DNA from: Candidatus Hydrogenedentota bacterium | GTDB taxonomy: Bacteria; Hydrogenedentota; Hydrogenedentia; Hydrogenedentales; JAEUWI01 | Direction: 5' to 3' | Assembly (NCBI GenBank): GCA_034669905.1 | Contig: JAXMOL010000042.1 | Coordinates: forward strand, 1 to 64,000 | DNA length: 64,000 nucleotides | Notes under the pieces: model-generated | Databases searched by the model: none | Told to the model about the DNA's origin: nothing | The model's input: only the letters and a program-made list of their open reading frames with translations | In this document: piece by piece, positions 52,000 to 62,400 of the stretch | Numbering within the stretch: position 1 is the stretch's first letter | Layout of the letters: each line of letters begins with the position of its first letter | Made by a program: the position numbers and the translations under genes

Positions 52000-53059
52000 G
52001 TTGGCCTCGTATCATCTGATAGCGGCGGTAGGGCCGCGATCCAATTTTTTCCGTCAGTTCTCGTTCCGTAGTGGTAACAAGACATTGTACTTTATCCGCC
52101 AGGGACTCGAAAAGGTGTTGGGCGCGGTGGGCATCCAGTTCGGCGAGTACCTCATCGAGCATCAGGATGGGGTATTCTCCGGTCTGGCTATGAATCAGGG
52201 CGATCTCGGCGAGCTTCAGGGCCAGGGCGGCCGATTTCTGCTGACCCTGTGAGCCGAATACCCGGGCTGACTTGCCCGCGATTTGAATGTCGATGTCGTC
52301 TCGGTGGGGGCCCCGGGTGGTTTGCTTGCGGCGGATGTCCGTGTCCCGCGTGCGGGCGAGGAGCTGGCCGAAGTCCGCTTGCCCATCCAGGTCCGGCGCA
52401 TAGGTGAGGGTCAGGACTTCCGCCGCCGCGATGCGCTCGTAGGCGTCCGTGGCCTGGAGGGACAATTCGGTGACAAAGCGGGCCCGCTCTTCCATGAGGA
52501 TTTCACCGGGGGGCACGAGTTGGGCGTCCCACACTTCCAGCAGGGTTGGATCGGGTCGGAATTGCTTAAGCAGGCTATTGCGCTGCTTGAGGGCCTGGCG
52601 GTATTGCTGGAGGGCGCTGAGGTAACGGAGGTTAATCTGGGACAGCTCCATATCGAGAAAGCGTCGCCGGAGGGTGGCGCTGCCCTTGATGAGTCCCACA
52701 TCCTCCGGGGAAAAGAAGACGGTATTAATGCGCCCGAGGATGTCACTGATACGGGTTTGGGGTACGCCGTTGATTTTGAACCGCTTGGCTTTCTGCCAAT
52801 AGTGGGCTTCCAGATCCACCACGCGATCGCTTCGCTCGGCCCGGGCCGTAATTGAAAAGCCGTCTTCTCCGTGGCGGGTCAATTCCCGTTCATGGAGGGT
52901 GCGGTGACTGCGTGCCGTGCACACATAGAGGAGGGCTTCCAACAGGGAGGTCTTACCCTGGGCGTTGTCCCCGTGGATAATATTCAGACCCGGCTCCGGC
53001 TGAAAATCGATATCGGCCAGACAGCGGAAGCGCCGACACGTTAATTGGGAAAGCCACAT
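51986..53059 (-). CDS. recF: DNA replication and repair protein RecF
   Basis: GDNAQGKTSLLEA Walker A, RRRFLD, GPHRDD, GSQGQQK, ILMLDEVLAELD. Confidence 0.96.
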   Translation of the reverse strand: MWLSQLTCRRFRCLADIDFQPEPGLNIIHGDNAQGKTSLLEALLYVCTARSHRTLHERELTRHGEDGFSITARAERSDRVVDLEAHYWQKAKRFKINGVPQTRISDILGRINTVFFSPEDVGLIKGSATLRRRFLDMELSQINLRYLSALQQYRQALKQRNSLLKQFRPDPTLLEVWDAQLVPPGEILMEERARFVTELSLQATDAYERIAAAEVLTLTYAPDLDGQADFGQLLARTRDTDIRRKQTTRGPHRDDIDIQIAGKSARVFGSQGQQKSAALALKLAEIALIHSQTGEYPILMLDEVLAELDAHRAQHLFESLADKVQCLVTTTERELTEKIGSRPYRRYQMIRGQLEAH

Positions 53060-53164
53060 CAGGGAACTCCGCCCGCAGGTGAACGCCCCGGAACGCGGGG
53101 GTGTGTATCAGCCGTGGGCCACAGGTGCCAGGGGAACCTGCCAAAATAAATCTACGCGCCGTCC

Positions 53165-54022
53165 TCAGCCGGCGAGGCTGAGCAGTTCATCAATCGACCC
53201 ATGGAGGTTGAAATACTGCTCCGTCAGCCCCGGCAGGGTTTCACAGGTCATTCCGGCGGCCACATAGGTCTCGTCCAGCACCAGTGTTGTGTTTTTCGGA
53301 TGGGCGAGGTAGCCGCTGAGGCTACACATCTGGTTGGCGATAGACAGGTTGGCCGCAAGCTCGCGGTGCGCTTCTTCACACTTGGAGAGCTCATGGTGGC
53401 CGCGGATGGCATTGACCACCGCAGGAGTGAGCTTCCACTTCTGTGCCAGACGGGCGCCCAGCTCGGCATGATCCACGCCGATAACGCGTTGCTCGGCCTG
53501 GTACCAGGGGATACCTTCGGCTTCCACCAGCGCGCTTACCGCGGCATATTCGTCGGGCATATACTCTTCGAGGATAACCTTGCCGATATCGTGGATCAAT
53601 CCATAGGTAAAGGCTTCATCTTCTGAGCCCACAAAGCCTTTGATGCATCCGGAAAGGACGATGGACTTCATGGCGAAGCCGCAGGCCACGGAGTGGGTGA
53701 GGAAGTGGGTGGCACTTGTTTTCATGCATTCGAAGGCCGTGGCGGTCATGGCCAGGTTTTTTAAGACCTTCGCCCCCAGCAGCACGGTGGCGTGATCCAC
53801 ACTCGTTACTTCCTGTCCCAGGCCATAATAGGCCGAGTTCACCAGGCGAAGGGTCTTCAGCGCGATAGCCGGATCGCCCGATATGATGGCCGCAACGGCC
53901 TTCATGTCACAACTTGGGTCATCCAGCATTTCGGTGAGTTTGGCAACGGAATCAGGGAGGCTGGGCAGGGTAACGACTTCATCCAGCAGGGTGTCGATAT
54001 CAAATCCATTATCAGGGCACAT
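53165..54022 (-). CDS. stand-alone HDOD domain protein
   Basis: LPSLP, DPAIALKTLRLVNSAYYG, GLIHDIGK, DHAELGA…W.L. Confidence 0.9.
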   Translation of the reverse strand: MCPDNGFDIDTLLDEVVTLPSLPDSVAKLTEMLDDPSCDMKAVAAIISGDPAIALKTLRLVNSAYYGLGQEVTSVDHATVLLGAKVLKNLAMTATAFECMKTSATHFLTHSVACGFAMKSIVLSGCIKGFVGSEDEAFTYGLIHDIGKVILEEYMPDEYAAVSALVEAEGIPWYQAEQRVIGVDHAELGARLAQKWKLTPAVVNAIRGHHELSKCEEAHRELAANLSIANQMCSLSGYLAHPKNTTLVLDETYVAAGMTCETLPGLTEQYFNLHGSIDELLSLAG

Positions 54023-54342
54023 CAGCCAAGCTCTCCCGGTTCGGGCAGGTTTCGATCGCCGAAACTGCGTTCCTGCATGCAAAGTATGTGGAGATAGTCC
54101 CCCGGGGAAAGCAATTCACACCCGGCAGGGAGCAGGGAGGTCCGAGGTTTCGTGGGGTCTTCCCCCGGAGATATGAGGGTCGCGCCTTTGGGGTTGCTTG
54201 CGGGTCCCACCAGCACCACATTGCCCTTGCTGCCGCCGACCAGTGTCAGTCCGCCCACAATCGCTTCGCCTTGTTTCTTCCAGGAAATCACGACCCATTC
54301 ACTTTCCAGCAGGTGTGGCCACCCGCATCACGGCCAACGTTG

Positions 54343-54381
54343 AAACAGAACTGGCCCGGGAGGGGAACCAACCCGGGCCAG
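54343..54381 (-). terminator. terminator-like hairpin
   Basis: CTGGCCCGGG…CCCGGGCCAG followed on minus strand by TTCTGTTT. Confidence 0.6.
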
Positions 54382-54398
54382 AAACGAATGATCTTGCC

Positions 54399-54782
54399 CT
54401 AGAAAATGTATTCGGGCTCAAGGACCGCATCGTAGTTCACGTCTTTATCCGTAAACGGAAAAGTCGCCATCTCGAATACGCCCGTGCTCGTGCGCATGAC
54501 CGCACGGGCACCACCCAGAACGGGCACCACGCCAAGAAGGTAGGCCAGGGGCTTTCCTTCTTTATATTTCTTGTCAAAGGTCACGGGGATTTCTGCCCAG
54601 CCGAACATCACGTTCGACAGGCCCCGGCCCAATTTGGTGAGGGACTTTTCCAAACCCGTGGGTTTTGGGAGGTCCAATTCAGGATTGTACAACTGGGCCG
54701 ATACCGGCGATACCTGTGCAAACAAGGCCGTAACCATCAGGACGGCAACTACAATTCGGAAAATTGGGTGTTTGGTAGCCAC
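54399..54782 (-). CDS. TIGR04073-like (exosortase-system-associated) exported protein
   Basis: KLGRGLSNVMFGWAEIP…RTSTGVFEMATFP…LEPEY pattern; signal peptide; GGAGGGAG RBS before GTG 54782. Confidence 0.7.
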   Translation of the reverse strand: MATKHPIFRIVVAVLMVTALFAQVSPVSAQLYNPELDLPKPTGLEKSLTKLGRGLSNVMFGWAEIPVTFDKKYKEGKPLAYLLGVVPVLGGARAVMRTSTGVFEMATFPFTDKDVNYDAVLEPEYIF

Positions 54783-55084
54783 AACGCTCCCTCCACGTCT
54801 ATCGTTGGATGTGTCTGGTAAGACACACTTTCCCTGAATAACCATATCGTCTTCGGAGTGTAGCACAGCCCATACAACTTGTCAATTAACTACTTCACCC
54901 TAATTTTCCGGGATTTTCTCCCTTCGCGGTGGCCTGCTTGGTTGTCATTGTTTCAATTTCAAGCGGTGCGCTTCACCCTGCAACACCTGTTTCGGGAAGG
55001 GGGCTTCCCGGCGTTGGGGGGTGGGGCATTCTAAGAAGCCCTTGTTAAAGGAGTTAGGGTGGGTTGCTCCCGTGGGAAGTGGAA

Positions 55085-55101
55085 CTGGCACGGCGCTGGC
55101 A
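55085..55101 (+). promoter_or_regulatory. putative sigma54 promoter of hsp20
   Basis: CTGGCACGGCGCTGGCA, GG-N10-GC. Confidence 0.55.
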
Positions 55102-55167
55102 TTGTAACAGGCAAGCCAACAAAAACAGCGCCGCCCACGGCGGCAGCAACATAAAGGAGATACTACC

Positions 55168-55620
55168 ATGAGCCTCTTAGTCCCCATCCGACGGAATACC
55201 CGAATTGCCTGGCCGACCTTCGGCGAACTGGAACAGCAACTGGACCGCATGCTCAGTAATACTACCGAGCACCCGGAACAAGTCCCCCTTGGCTGGTCCC
55301 CGGCCATCGACATCCGCGAAACCGAAGACGCCTATATCCTCGAAGCCGACCTGCCCGGTATGCGCAAAGAAGAAATTGACCTCAAGGTGGTCGAAGACCG
55401 CGTGACCCTCTCGGGTACCCGTAAACGGAGTGCCGAGCACAAGGAAAATGGCTACCGGCGCTACGAACGGACCGAAGGTCGCTTCGAAAGGAGCTTCCGC
55501 CTTCGCGGTGGCATCGACGGCAGTAAGGTAGACGCCCACTTTGAACACGGCGTCCTCACTGTCACGCTGCCCAAGCCCGAGGAAGCGAAGCCCCGGCAAA
55601 TCGAGGTGAAGGTCAACTAA
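55168..55620 (+). CDS. small heat shock protein Hsp20/alpha-crystallin
   Basis: WSPAIDIRET, DLPG, ERTEGRFERSF, GVLTVTLPK, IEV tail; AAAGGAG RBS. Confidence 0.95.
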   Translation: MSLLVPIRRNTRIAWPTFGELEQQLDRMLSNTTEHPEQVPLGWSPAIDIRETEDAYILEADLPGMRKEEIDLKVVEDRVTLSGTRKRSAEHKENGYRRYERTEGRFERSFRLRGGIDGSKVDAHFEHGVLTVTLPKPEEAKPRQIEVKVN

Positions 55621-55715
55621 GACCGGACGACAAATCCCACGATTCTTTCCCATGGTCAACGGAGTCCCCGCCCAGCCTGTCGCTGCGGTGGGGGCTCTCG
55701 TTTGCAGGGGTCCCG

Positions 55716-56570
55716 CTAAAAGGCGGGCTCCGGCGGGAAGAGCGCGTCGCGGTTGGCCAGCAACTCCTCGCAGGTATCCAGGTCGTCGGGGATGGGGATC
55801 AGTATCAACGGACTCAGCCCGAGATCGTCCCACTGGTCGGGATTGTTGGGCGTGTTCAAGATACCCAGCGATGCGCCGACCACCAGTTGTTCGGAGCGAT
55901 CCATCACCACACCGCGCAGGCTCCCGTCTGAATATAGCGTGACGTCATTCTCAAAGATCTCTCGTCGCGCCAGATAGATCTCGCCTTCCAGAAAGCCGAA
56001 GAGGTTTGCCATGACGGTGATGCCGGGCTTGCCGTCTCCATCGTCATCGTTGATGAGCGGACTGTTGGGGTCCATCGTCAGGGCTTCGTCGGGGTTGCCG
56101 TCGATGCCAATGAGCGTGGGGGTTGCCGGCCGTGCCAGTTTCCATTCCCCGTTTTCTTCAAAGACCGAAACCACGGCGCTCCGCGGCTGGATGGCCTGGG
56201 TGCCCGCATCCGGAACGGTCGTCACGAAAGGTTGATTGGCCTTGTGCTCCGCATGGCAGAAGCGGTCGTATTCCACCAATTCACCGTCTTCAATGACCAG
56301 CTCGGTGAAGCCATAGGAGATCACAAAGGTCGAGAGGGGGCCATTGGGAGTTTCTCCATCATAGGCCACAACGTCATAGTGGGCGTAGCGGCCTGCCATG
56401 GCTTCCATCGCTTCTGCCTTTGTCGTGGGCGCCACCCAATCCGGGTCATTGACGGGGGAGGCATACAAGGGACTCGCCGGCCAGGGCTTGGGCTGAGAAC
56501 AGCCCGCAACAAGGAACAAGGCAATGGCTCCACCAAGGACAGCGGTGCTCCGAGAAATCAACGTGGTCAT
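55716..56570 (-). CDS. hypothetical lipoprotein
   Basis: Lipobox VAGC after ATG 56570; acidic beta-rich body with DDDGDGKPG; AAGGAA upstream. Confidence 0.65.
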   Translation of the reverse strand: MTTLISRSTAVLGGAIALFLVAGCSQPKPWPASPLYASPVNDPDWVAPTTKAEAMEAMAGRYAHYDVVAYDGETPNGPLSTFVISYGFTELVIEDGELVEYDRFCHAEHKANQPFVTTVPDAGTQAIQPRSAVVSVFEENGEWKLARPATPTLIGIDGNPDEALTMDPNSPLINDDDGDGKPGITVMANLFGFLEGEIYLARREIFENDVTLYSDGSLRGVVMDRSEQLVVGASLGILNTPNNPDQWDDLGLSPLILIPIPDDLDTCEELLANRDALFPPEPAF

Positions 56571-56782
56571 GATCAGTTTCCTTACTTCGCACCGACGCAG
56601 TCCCAACGACCAGGGCCGAATCCTTTGCTTGTAGTGTAACAGACCCGTGCGGACGGCCCGCCGACATAACATCCCTCCTGCGTTTGTAGTCGCGTCGGGT
56701 AGCTTGGCATACTCGCCCCAAGGGCATACTTCTATCATATAGACCCGTCCATCCATTACTTGGGTTCAGGAAAGGCAGCCTC

Positions 56783-58021
56783 ATGAAGCGAAGAGACTTT
56801 TTCAAAACGGGTGCGTTGTTATCTGGCGCGGGGTTGGCGACCACACCCGACAACGCCCACGCTGCGGAAGCCTTGCCCGCCACCCAATGGAAACCGGACC
56901 CGGATCTGGGCACGCACTGGGAGGTGTTCAACAAGATATCCGGCCAGTGCGATGCCCGCATGAGTTTCCTGAACGAAGGCTACACCGACCCCGAAGCCTG
57001 GGCCACCGAGGCGCGGGCCCACCTCGTGTCCTGTTTCCACTATACCGACACGACCCGAAACCTCGCCCCGAAGGTGATTGACAAGGAATCGTGCGACGGG
57101 TTCACCCGGGAGCGCGTCGAAATCAGCACCACCGCTGGCCACCGCGCCGCCCTCTACCTCCTGGTGCCGGACAGGCTCGATGGGCCGGCGCCTGCGATTG
57201 TCGCGTTGCACGACCACGGTGGCTATTACTTATGGGGCAAGGAGAAAATAACGCGGGTCGAGCCCGTGCACCCCGAGCTCCAAAAATTTAAAGACCGCTA
57301 CTATAGCGGACGGGATATTGCCGACGAACTGGCCCGTCTGGGCTATGTGGTGGCCGTGCCCGACATGATGCACTGGGGTGAGCGCGCCATGTATTTCGAC
57401 GCCGACCCCGAGCGTATCACCGCCCGCTCGTTGGAGGTGACGGCAGAGGACATCCAGCAATTTAACGCCCGCTCCTGGGCCCACGAGGAGCTCATCGGTC
57501 GGACGGCCCTGGCCACGGGCACCAGTTTTTCCAGTATCATTTCCTGGGACGATCAGTGCGCTGCCGATTATTTGTGCAGCCGTCCCGAGGTAGACGCCAA
57601 CCGGGTTGGCTGCGTGGGTCTCAGCCTGGGTTCCGTGCGGAGTATCTTCCTGGGGGCCCTCCATCCCAAGGTGCGGGCTTCCGTAGCGGTGTGTTGGATG
57701 GCGGAATACCAGGCATTGATTCGTAATAACGTCCGCTGGGCAGTTGGGTTCACCAAGCTCGTACCCGGTCTTTACGGGGCGCTGGACTGGCCCGACCTGG
57801 CGGGCCTGCACCACCCCGGCGCGCTCATGTCCATCAACGGCCTGAAAGACGAACTCTATCCCCTGGAGTCCACGCAACGGGCCGTGGCGAAGATAGAGAA
57901 GATATTCGAAAAGATGGGCGCACCCGAGAACTATGAAGGCGTCTTTTTCGACGGGCCCCACGAGTTTAATGCGACGATGCAGGAAAAAGCCTTCGCGTGG
58001 TTGGCCTCCCAACTGGCGTGA
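56783..58021 (+). CDS. Tat-exported alpha/beta hydrolase (dienelactone hydrolase-like)
   Basis: MKRRDFFK leader; ALHDHGG, GLSLG nucleophile elbow, D (KDELY) and H (GPHEF). Confidence 0.85.
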   Translation: MKRRDFFKTGALLSGAGLATTPDNAHAAEALPATQWKPDPDLGTHWEVFNKISGQCDARMSFLNEGYTDPEAWATEARAHLVSCFHYTDTTRNLAPKVIDKESCDGFTRERVEISTTAGHRAALYLLVPDRLDGPAPAIVALHDHGGYYLWGKEKITRVEPVHPELQKFKDRYYSGRDIADELARLGYVVAVPDMMHWGERAMYFDADPERITARSLEVTAEDIQQFNARSWAHEELIGRTALATGTSFSSIISWDDQCAADYLCSRPEVDANRVGCVGLSLGSVRSIFLGALHPKVRASVAVCWMAEYQALIRNNVRWAVGFTKLVPGLYGALDWPDLAGLHHPGALMSINGLKDELYPLESTQRAVAKIEKIFEKMGAPENYEGVFFDGPHEFNATMQEKAFAWLASQLA

Positions 58022-58156
58022 CGGGCCCGGTGCCTGGAAAATCGGACGCCAGGTATGGACTTTTGCACGGTTTGGGGATAGAGTAAGCGAAGGAGAGTGT
58101 CGGTAAGAATCCGACATTCCATGGCCCCATGACAACGCCAACCGGGAGGTCTGCCT

Positions 58157-59038
58157 GTGCCCATTGCCCACCATCCCCTGTTGTTGGTCCTTCTTCTCGG
58201 CATGGTCATGCTGCCCCGCCCATCCCCCGCCGACGAATTGCCCCGACCACTTCCCGGAAAGACGATTAAGGTATTTCTCCTGGCCGGCCAGTCCAACATG
58301 GAGGGCCGGGCTGATGGTACGAAGCTCTCCGAAGACGACCAGGCGAGGCTCCGCGCCGCCCGGGAGCGCGTCTGGCTGGCCTTCAACGGACAACCCGTCC
58401 GGCCCCTGGCCGCCTACACGCCTTCCGAAGAACTGCAGGAGATCTATCAGCGGCCCCGCATGTTTGGTCCCGAGCTCTTCCTGGGGATGGCCCTTGCCGA
58501 GGCCTGGCCCGAGGAGCAAATCCTGCTCATCAAGCGGGCGGAAGGGGACACCTCGCTCCACGGACGGTGGAATCCCGAATGGCATCGGGAAAAGGCCGCG
58601 CGCATGGGAGAGGCCGACGCACCGCCCCTCTACGATGAATTCATGGCCTATACCCGCCAGGTGCTCGGGGCTTATGCCGTAGACGACTACACCCTGGAGG
58701 CCATGTGCTGGGTCCAGGGTGAAAACGACAGCAAGGTCCCGGAAGCGGCGGAAGCCTACGGCGCCACGCTTCAAAATCTCATCGAACGGGTCCGCGCCGA
58801 CACTGGGCAAAAGGACCTGCCCTTCTTGTTCTTTCAGGTCGGTTCCACCGCCGTGGTCGCGGGTATGACGCAGGCCGCCGCCGACGTGCCCCACGTCACC
58901 ATGATTCCCCAGCGCCCCGAACCCGATTCGCCGGACTACTACGCGACCATGCGCAATGGCCACTATAACCACGTGGGCATGAAGAAACTGGGTCACCGCT
59001 TTGCGCAAGGTTTCCTGGCCGGGAAAGGGGAGCGGTAG
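58157..59038 (+). CDS. sialate O-acetylesterase / CE6-like SGNH esterase
   Basis: LLAGQSNMEG, WVQGEND, NGHYN; signal peptide. Confidence 0.85.
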   Translation: MPIAHHPLLLVLLLGMVMLPRPSPADELPRPLPGKTIKVFLLAGQSNMEGRADGTKLSEDDQARLRAARERVWLAFNGQPVRPLAAYTPSEELQEIYQRPRMFGPELFLGMALAEAWPEEQILLIKRAEGDTSLHGRWNPEWHREKAARMGEADAPPLYDEFMAYTRQVLGAYAVDDYTLEAMCWVQGENDSKVPEAAEAYGATLQNLIERVRADTGQKDLPFLFFQVGSTAVVAGMTQAAADVPHVTMIPQRPEPDSPDYYATMRNGHYNHVGMKKLGHRFAQGFLAGKGER

Positions 59039-59464
59039 TGCACTGTCTTGCGGGCCCATACCGTCACTGGTCTTCCCAAAAGGGTCGACATGCGGTGTGC
59101 CCGGCGCTCTCCCGCAGGGCGCAGCGGGACATAAGCAGCATCAGCAGCGTAATACCCGTCAGGAAGAGAGCGGCCAGCGGGCCATTCGACGGCACCGGCC
59201 AGGGCACACATCGGGTCCCGGGTAGTCCCCGTCTTTGCCAGGGGCCTTCTTCTCTCCAGGACTTTCGTCCGGGAGACGCACAAATCCCAACAGATAGGAA
59301 TGGATTCCGCCATAAATCCATAAGTATCGATACGTATTCGTGGATTGGGGTAAGGGATCGTGTACAATGCATAGGGTGGGGAGGTCTAAACTAGAGGATT
59401 AGATTTGCAGAATCTTGTCGCTACGGTTTTTGTTGGTGCAAATCGACCGAATACCTATGTTCCT

Positions 59465-62400
59465 TTGAAGCAATTGTTCGCGGCTACAGGCCAACGCATT
59501 CGAAATACCCTATTGCGGGGGATTCCCGTTGGATTAGTAGTTTCCAGCGCACTCGCCCTTGCCGCAGTGTTTTCCACCTCCGCGTACGCAGCGCCTTCGG
59601 TGCTGTCCGTGGTGCGGACGGACGCCAATCCCACCAGTTCTTCACAAGCGCGCTTTACCGTTACGTTCAGTGAGAGCGTCACGGGGATAGACACGTCCGA
59701 TTTCACACCGGCCGTCGGCGGTGGGGTCTCGGGGGCAAGCATCGTCGGGTTTACGGGAGGGGGCAGCGTCTACACGGTAACCGTCTTCACCGGCACGGGT
59801 GATGGTACCCTGCGGATGGATGTGGTCGATGACGATACGATTATCAACGGATCCAGTGAGCCCCTCGGGGGCACCGGTGCCGGGAATGGGGCATTCTCCA
59901 GCGGGGAAAGCTATACCATAGACAAGACCATACCGGCGGTAAGTTCGGTCGTCCGGACCTTTGCAACCCCGAACAACGGAGCTTCGGTGGATTTTACGGT
60001 GACCTTCAGCGAAAGCGTTACCGGTGTGGATACGGGAGATTTCACACTCACAAGCACGGTAACGGGTCCTTCTGTGAGCACCGTTTCCGGTGCGGGCACG
60101 ACCTATACGGTCAGTGTAGACACCGGTACAGGAGACGGTACGCTTCGCCTGAATGTGGTCGACAATGACTCCATTGCCGATGGGGCGGACAACCGTCTGG
60201 GGGGCGCGGGGCCGGGCAACGGCGGGTACACATCGGGCGAGGTGTATACCATGGACAAGACGCCGCCCGGGGTAACATCCGCCTTGCGGGCGGACAGCAG
60301 CCCTACGAATGCAACGGGTGTCGGTTACACCGTGCTGTTCAGCGAGAGCGTTTCGGGTGTGGGCACGGGTGATTTCAGTGCCGTGGTGACCAGCGGCGTC
60401 GTAAGCGGAGCGTCTGTGTCGGGTGTCTCCGGTAGCGGCACGACCTATACGGTCAATCTCGACACGGGCTCGGGGGACGGTACCCTTCGGCTGGACCTGG
60501 TGGATGACGATACGATCGTGGATGCCGCAGGAAACCCACTGGGTGGCGCCGGAACCGTCAACGGGGACCATACGGGCGATGAGGAATATGTCATCGACAA
60601 ATCCGCCCCGGTTGTATCGTCCATTACGCGGTTGGATAGCACCCCCACGAGTGCGTCCAGCGTGGACTATATGGTGACCTTTAACGAGCCTGTAACCGGG
60701 GTCGACGTGGCCGATTTTCTGGCGACGGTCAGCAGTGGCAGTATTTCGGGTGCGTCCGTCTCGGGGATATCCGGGAGCGGCACGACCTATACGGTGTCCG
60801 TTGGGACCGGTACGGGGGACGGCACCCTGCGGCTGGACGTGTCGGACGATGACAGCATTAGCGATGCCGTGGGAAATCCCCTGGGTGGTTCTGGCGGGGG
60901 GAACGGAGACTTTACCGGTGGAGAAGCCTACGTTGTGGATCAGTCGCCGCCATCGGTGGCGTCAATTTCGCGTGCAGACAGTACCCCGTCCAACGCCGCG
61001 ACGGTGGACTATACGGTGTCCTTTAATGAAGCGGTCTCGGGCGTGGATGCTGCCGATTTCAGTGTGACCGTGACCGGTGGCTCGATTGCGGGGGCCTCGG
61101 TATCTGGTGTTACCGGGAGCGGAGCGACCTATACGGTAACGGTCGGGACGGGCACGGGTGACGGGACCCTGCGCCTGGATCTCGTGGACGACGACAGCGT
61201 CATGGACACTGCCGGGAATCTGCTGGGTGGCACGGGCGCGGGCAATGGGGACTACGCGGCCGGCGAGGCCTACAGTATGGATAAGACCGCGCCCACGGTG
61301 ACGGTGGAGCAGGCAGGGGGACAGGCCGATCCCACCAACACCCTCCCCATTGCCTTTGACGTGACCTTCAGTGAGGACGTGACCGGCTTTGCCATGGGGG
61401 ACGTGACGATGGGCGGCACGGCCACTGGTGTGACCTTTAACGTGAGTGGCTCGGGCACGACCTACAGCATTCAGATCACGGCGATCACGGGCGATGGCAC
61501 GGTGATTCCCACGATAGGGTCGGCCGTGGTCATCGACACCGCGTCTAATGCCAACGACGCCTCAACGAGTACGGACAACACGGTCACCTACGATACGGCG
61601 GCGGCAGTCGTCTCTTCGATTCTGCGTGTGTCGGGTACGCCTACCAACGCCTCCACCGTGGACTACACCGTCACCTTCAGCGAAACCGTGACCGGCGTCG
61701 ATGCAAGTGATTTCACGGCAACGGTGACGGGGGGAGCGATTTCCGGGGCCACGGTGTCGGGCGTTTCCGGGAGTGGCGCGACCTACACGGTAAGTGTTGG
61801 GACCGGCACGGGCGACGGGACCTTGCGACTCGATGTGGTCGACGACGATACCATCGTGGATGTGTCGGGCAACCCACTGGGCGGTGTGGGGGGCGGTAAT
61901 GGCAATTATTCGGGTGACGAGGAATATACGGTCGACAAGACGGCACCGACGGTGACCGTGGAACAGTCCGGTGGCCAGGCGGATCCCACCAACACGCTCC
62001 CCATAACCTTTGACGTGGTCTTCAGCGAGGGGGTCACGGGCTTTGATGCAAGCGACGTAGCGATAGGTGGTACGGCGGGGGGCGTCGTCGTGAACGTGAG
62101 CGGATCCGGCGCGAGTTATCTCCTGAGCGTGGTTAGCATCGCCAGCGATGGCACCGTGATTCCCACGATTTCCCCGGGGGGGACCGCGGACGGGGCCACC
62201 AACGCCAACGAAGGGTCCACGAGTGTCGACAACACGGTCACCTACGACGTGACACCGCCCCAGGTCGCATCGAGCACCCGGGTCGACAGCAACCCCACGA
62301 TGGCGGCAAGCATCGATTTTCAGGTGACCTTCAGTGAAGCCGTGACCGGGGTGGATACGGGTGATTTCACGACGACGGTGACCAGCGGCAGCATTTCCGG

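Noticed and set aside
54022..54291. 89-aa ORF whose stop overlaps the HDOD start; possible riboswitch in this gap
   Set aside because: No clear RBS or motif, and no c-di-GMP or other riboswitch consensus seen; cannot be supported
59064..59372. 102-aa minus-strand ORF upstream of the giant repeat gene
   Set aside because: Atypical composition, no RBS; more likely the regulatory region of the downstream gene
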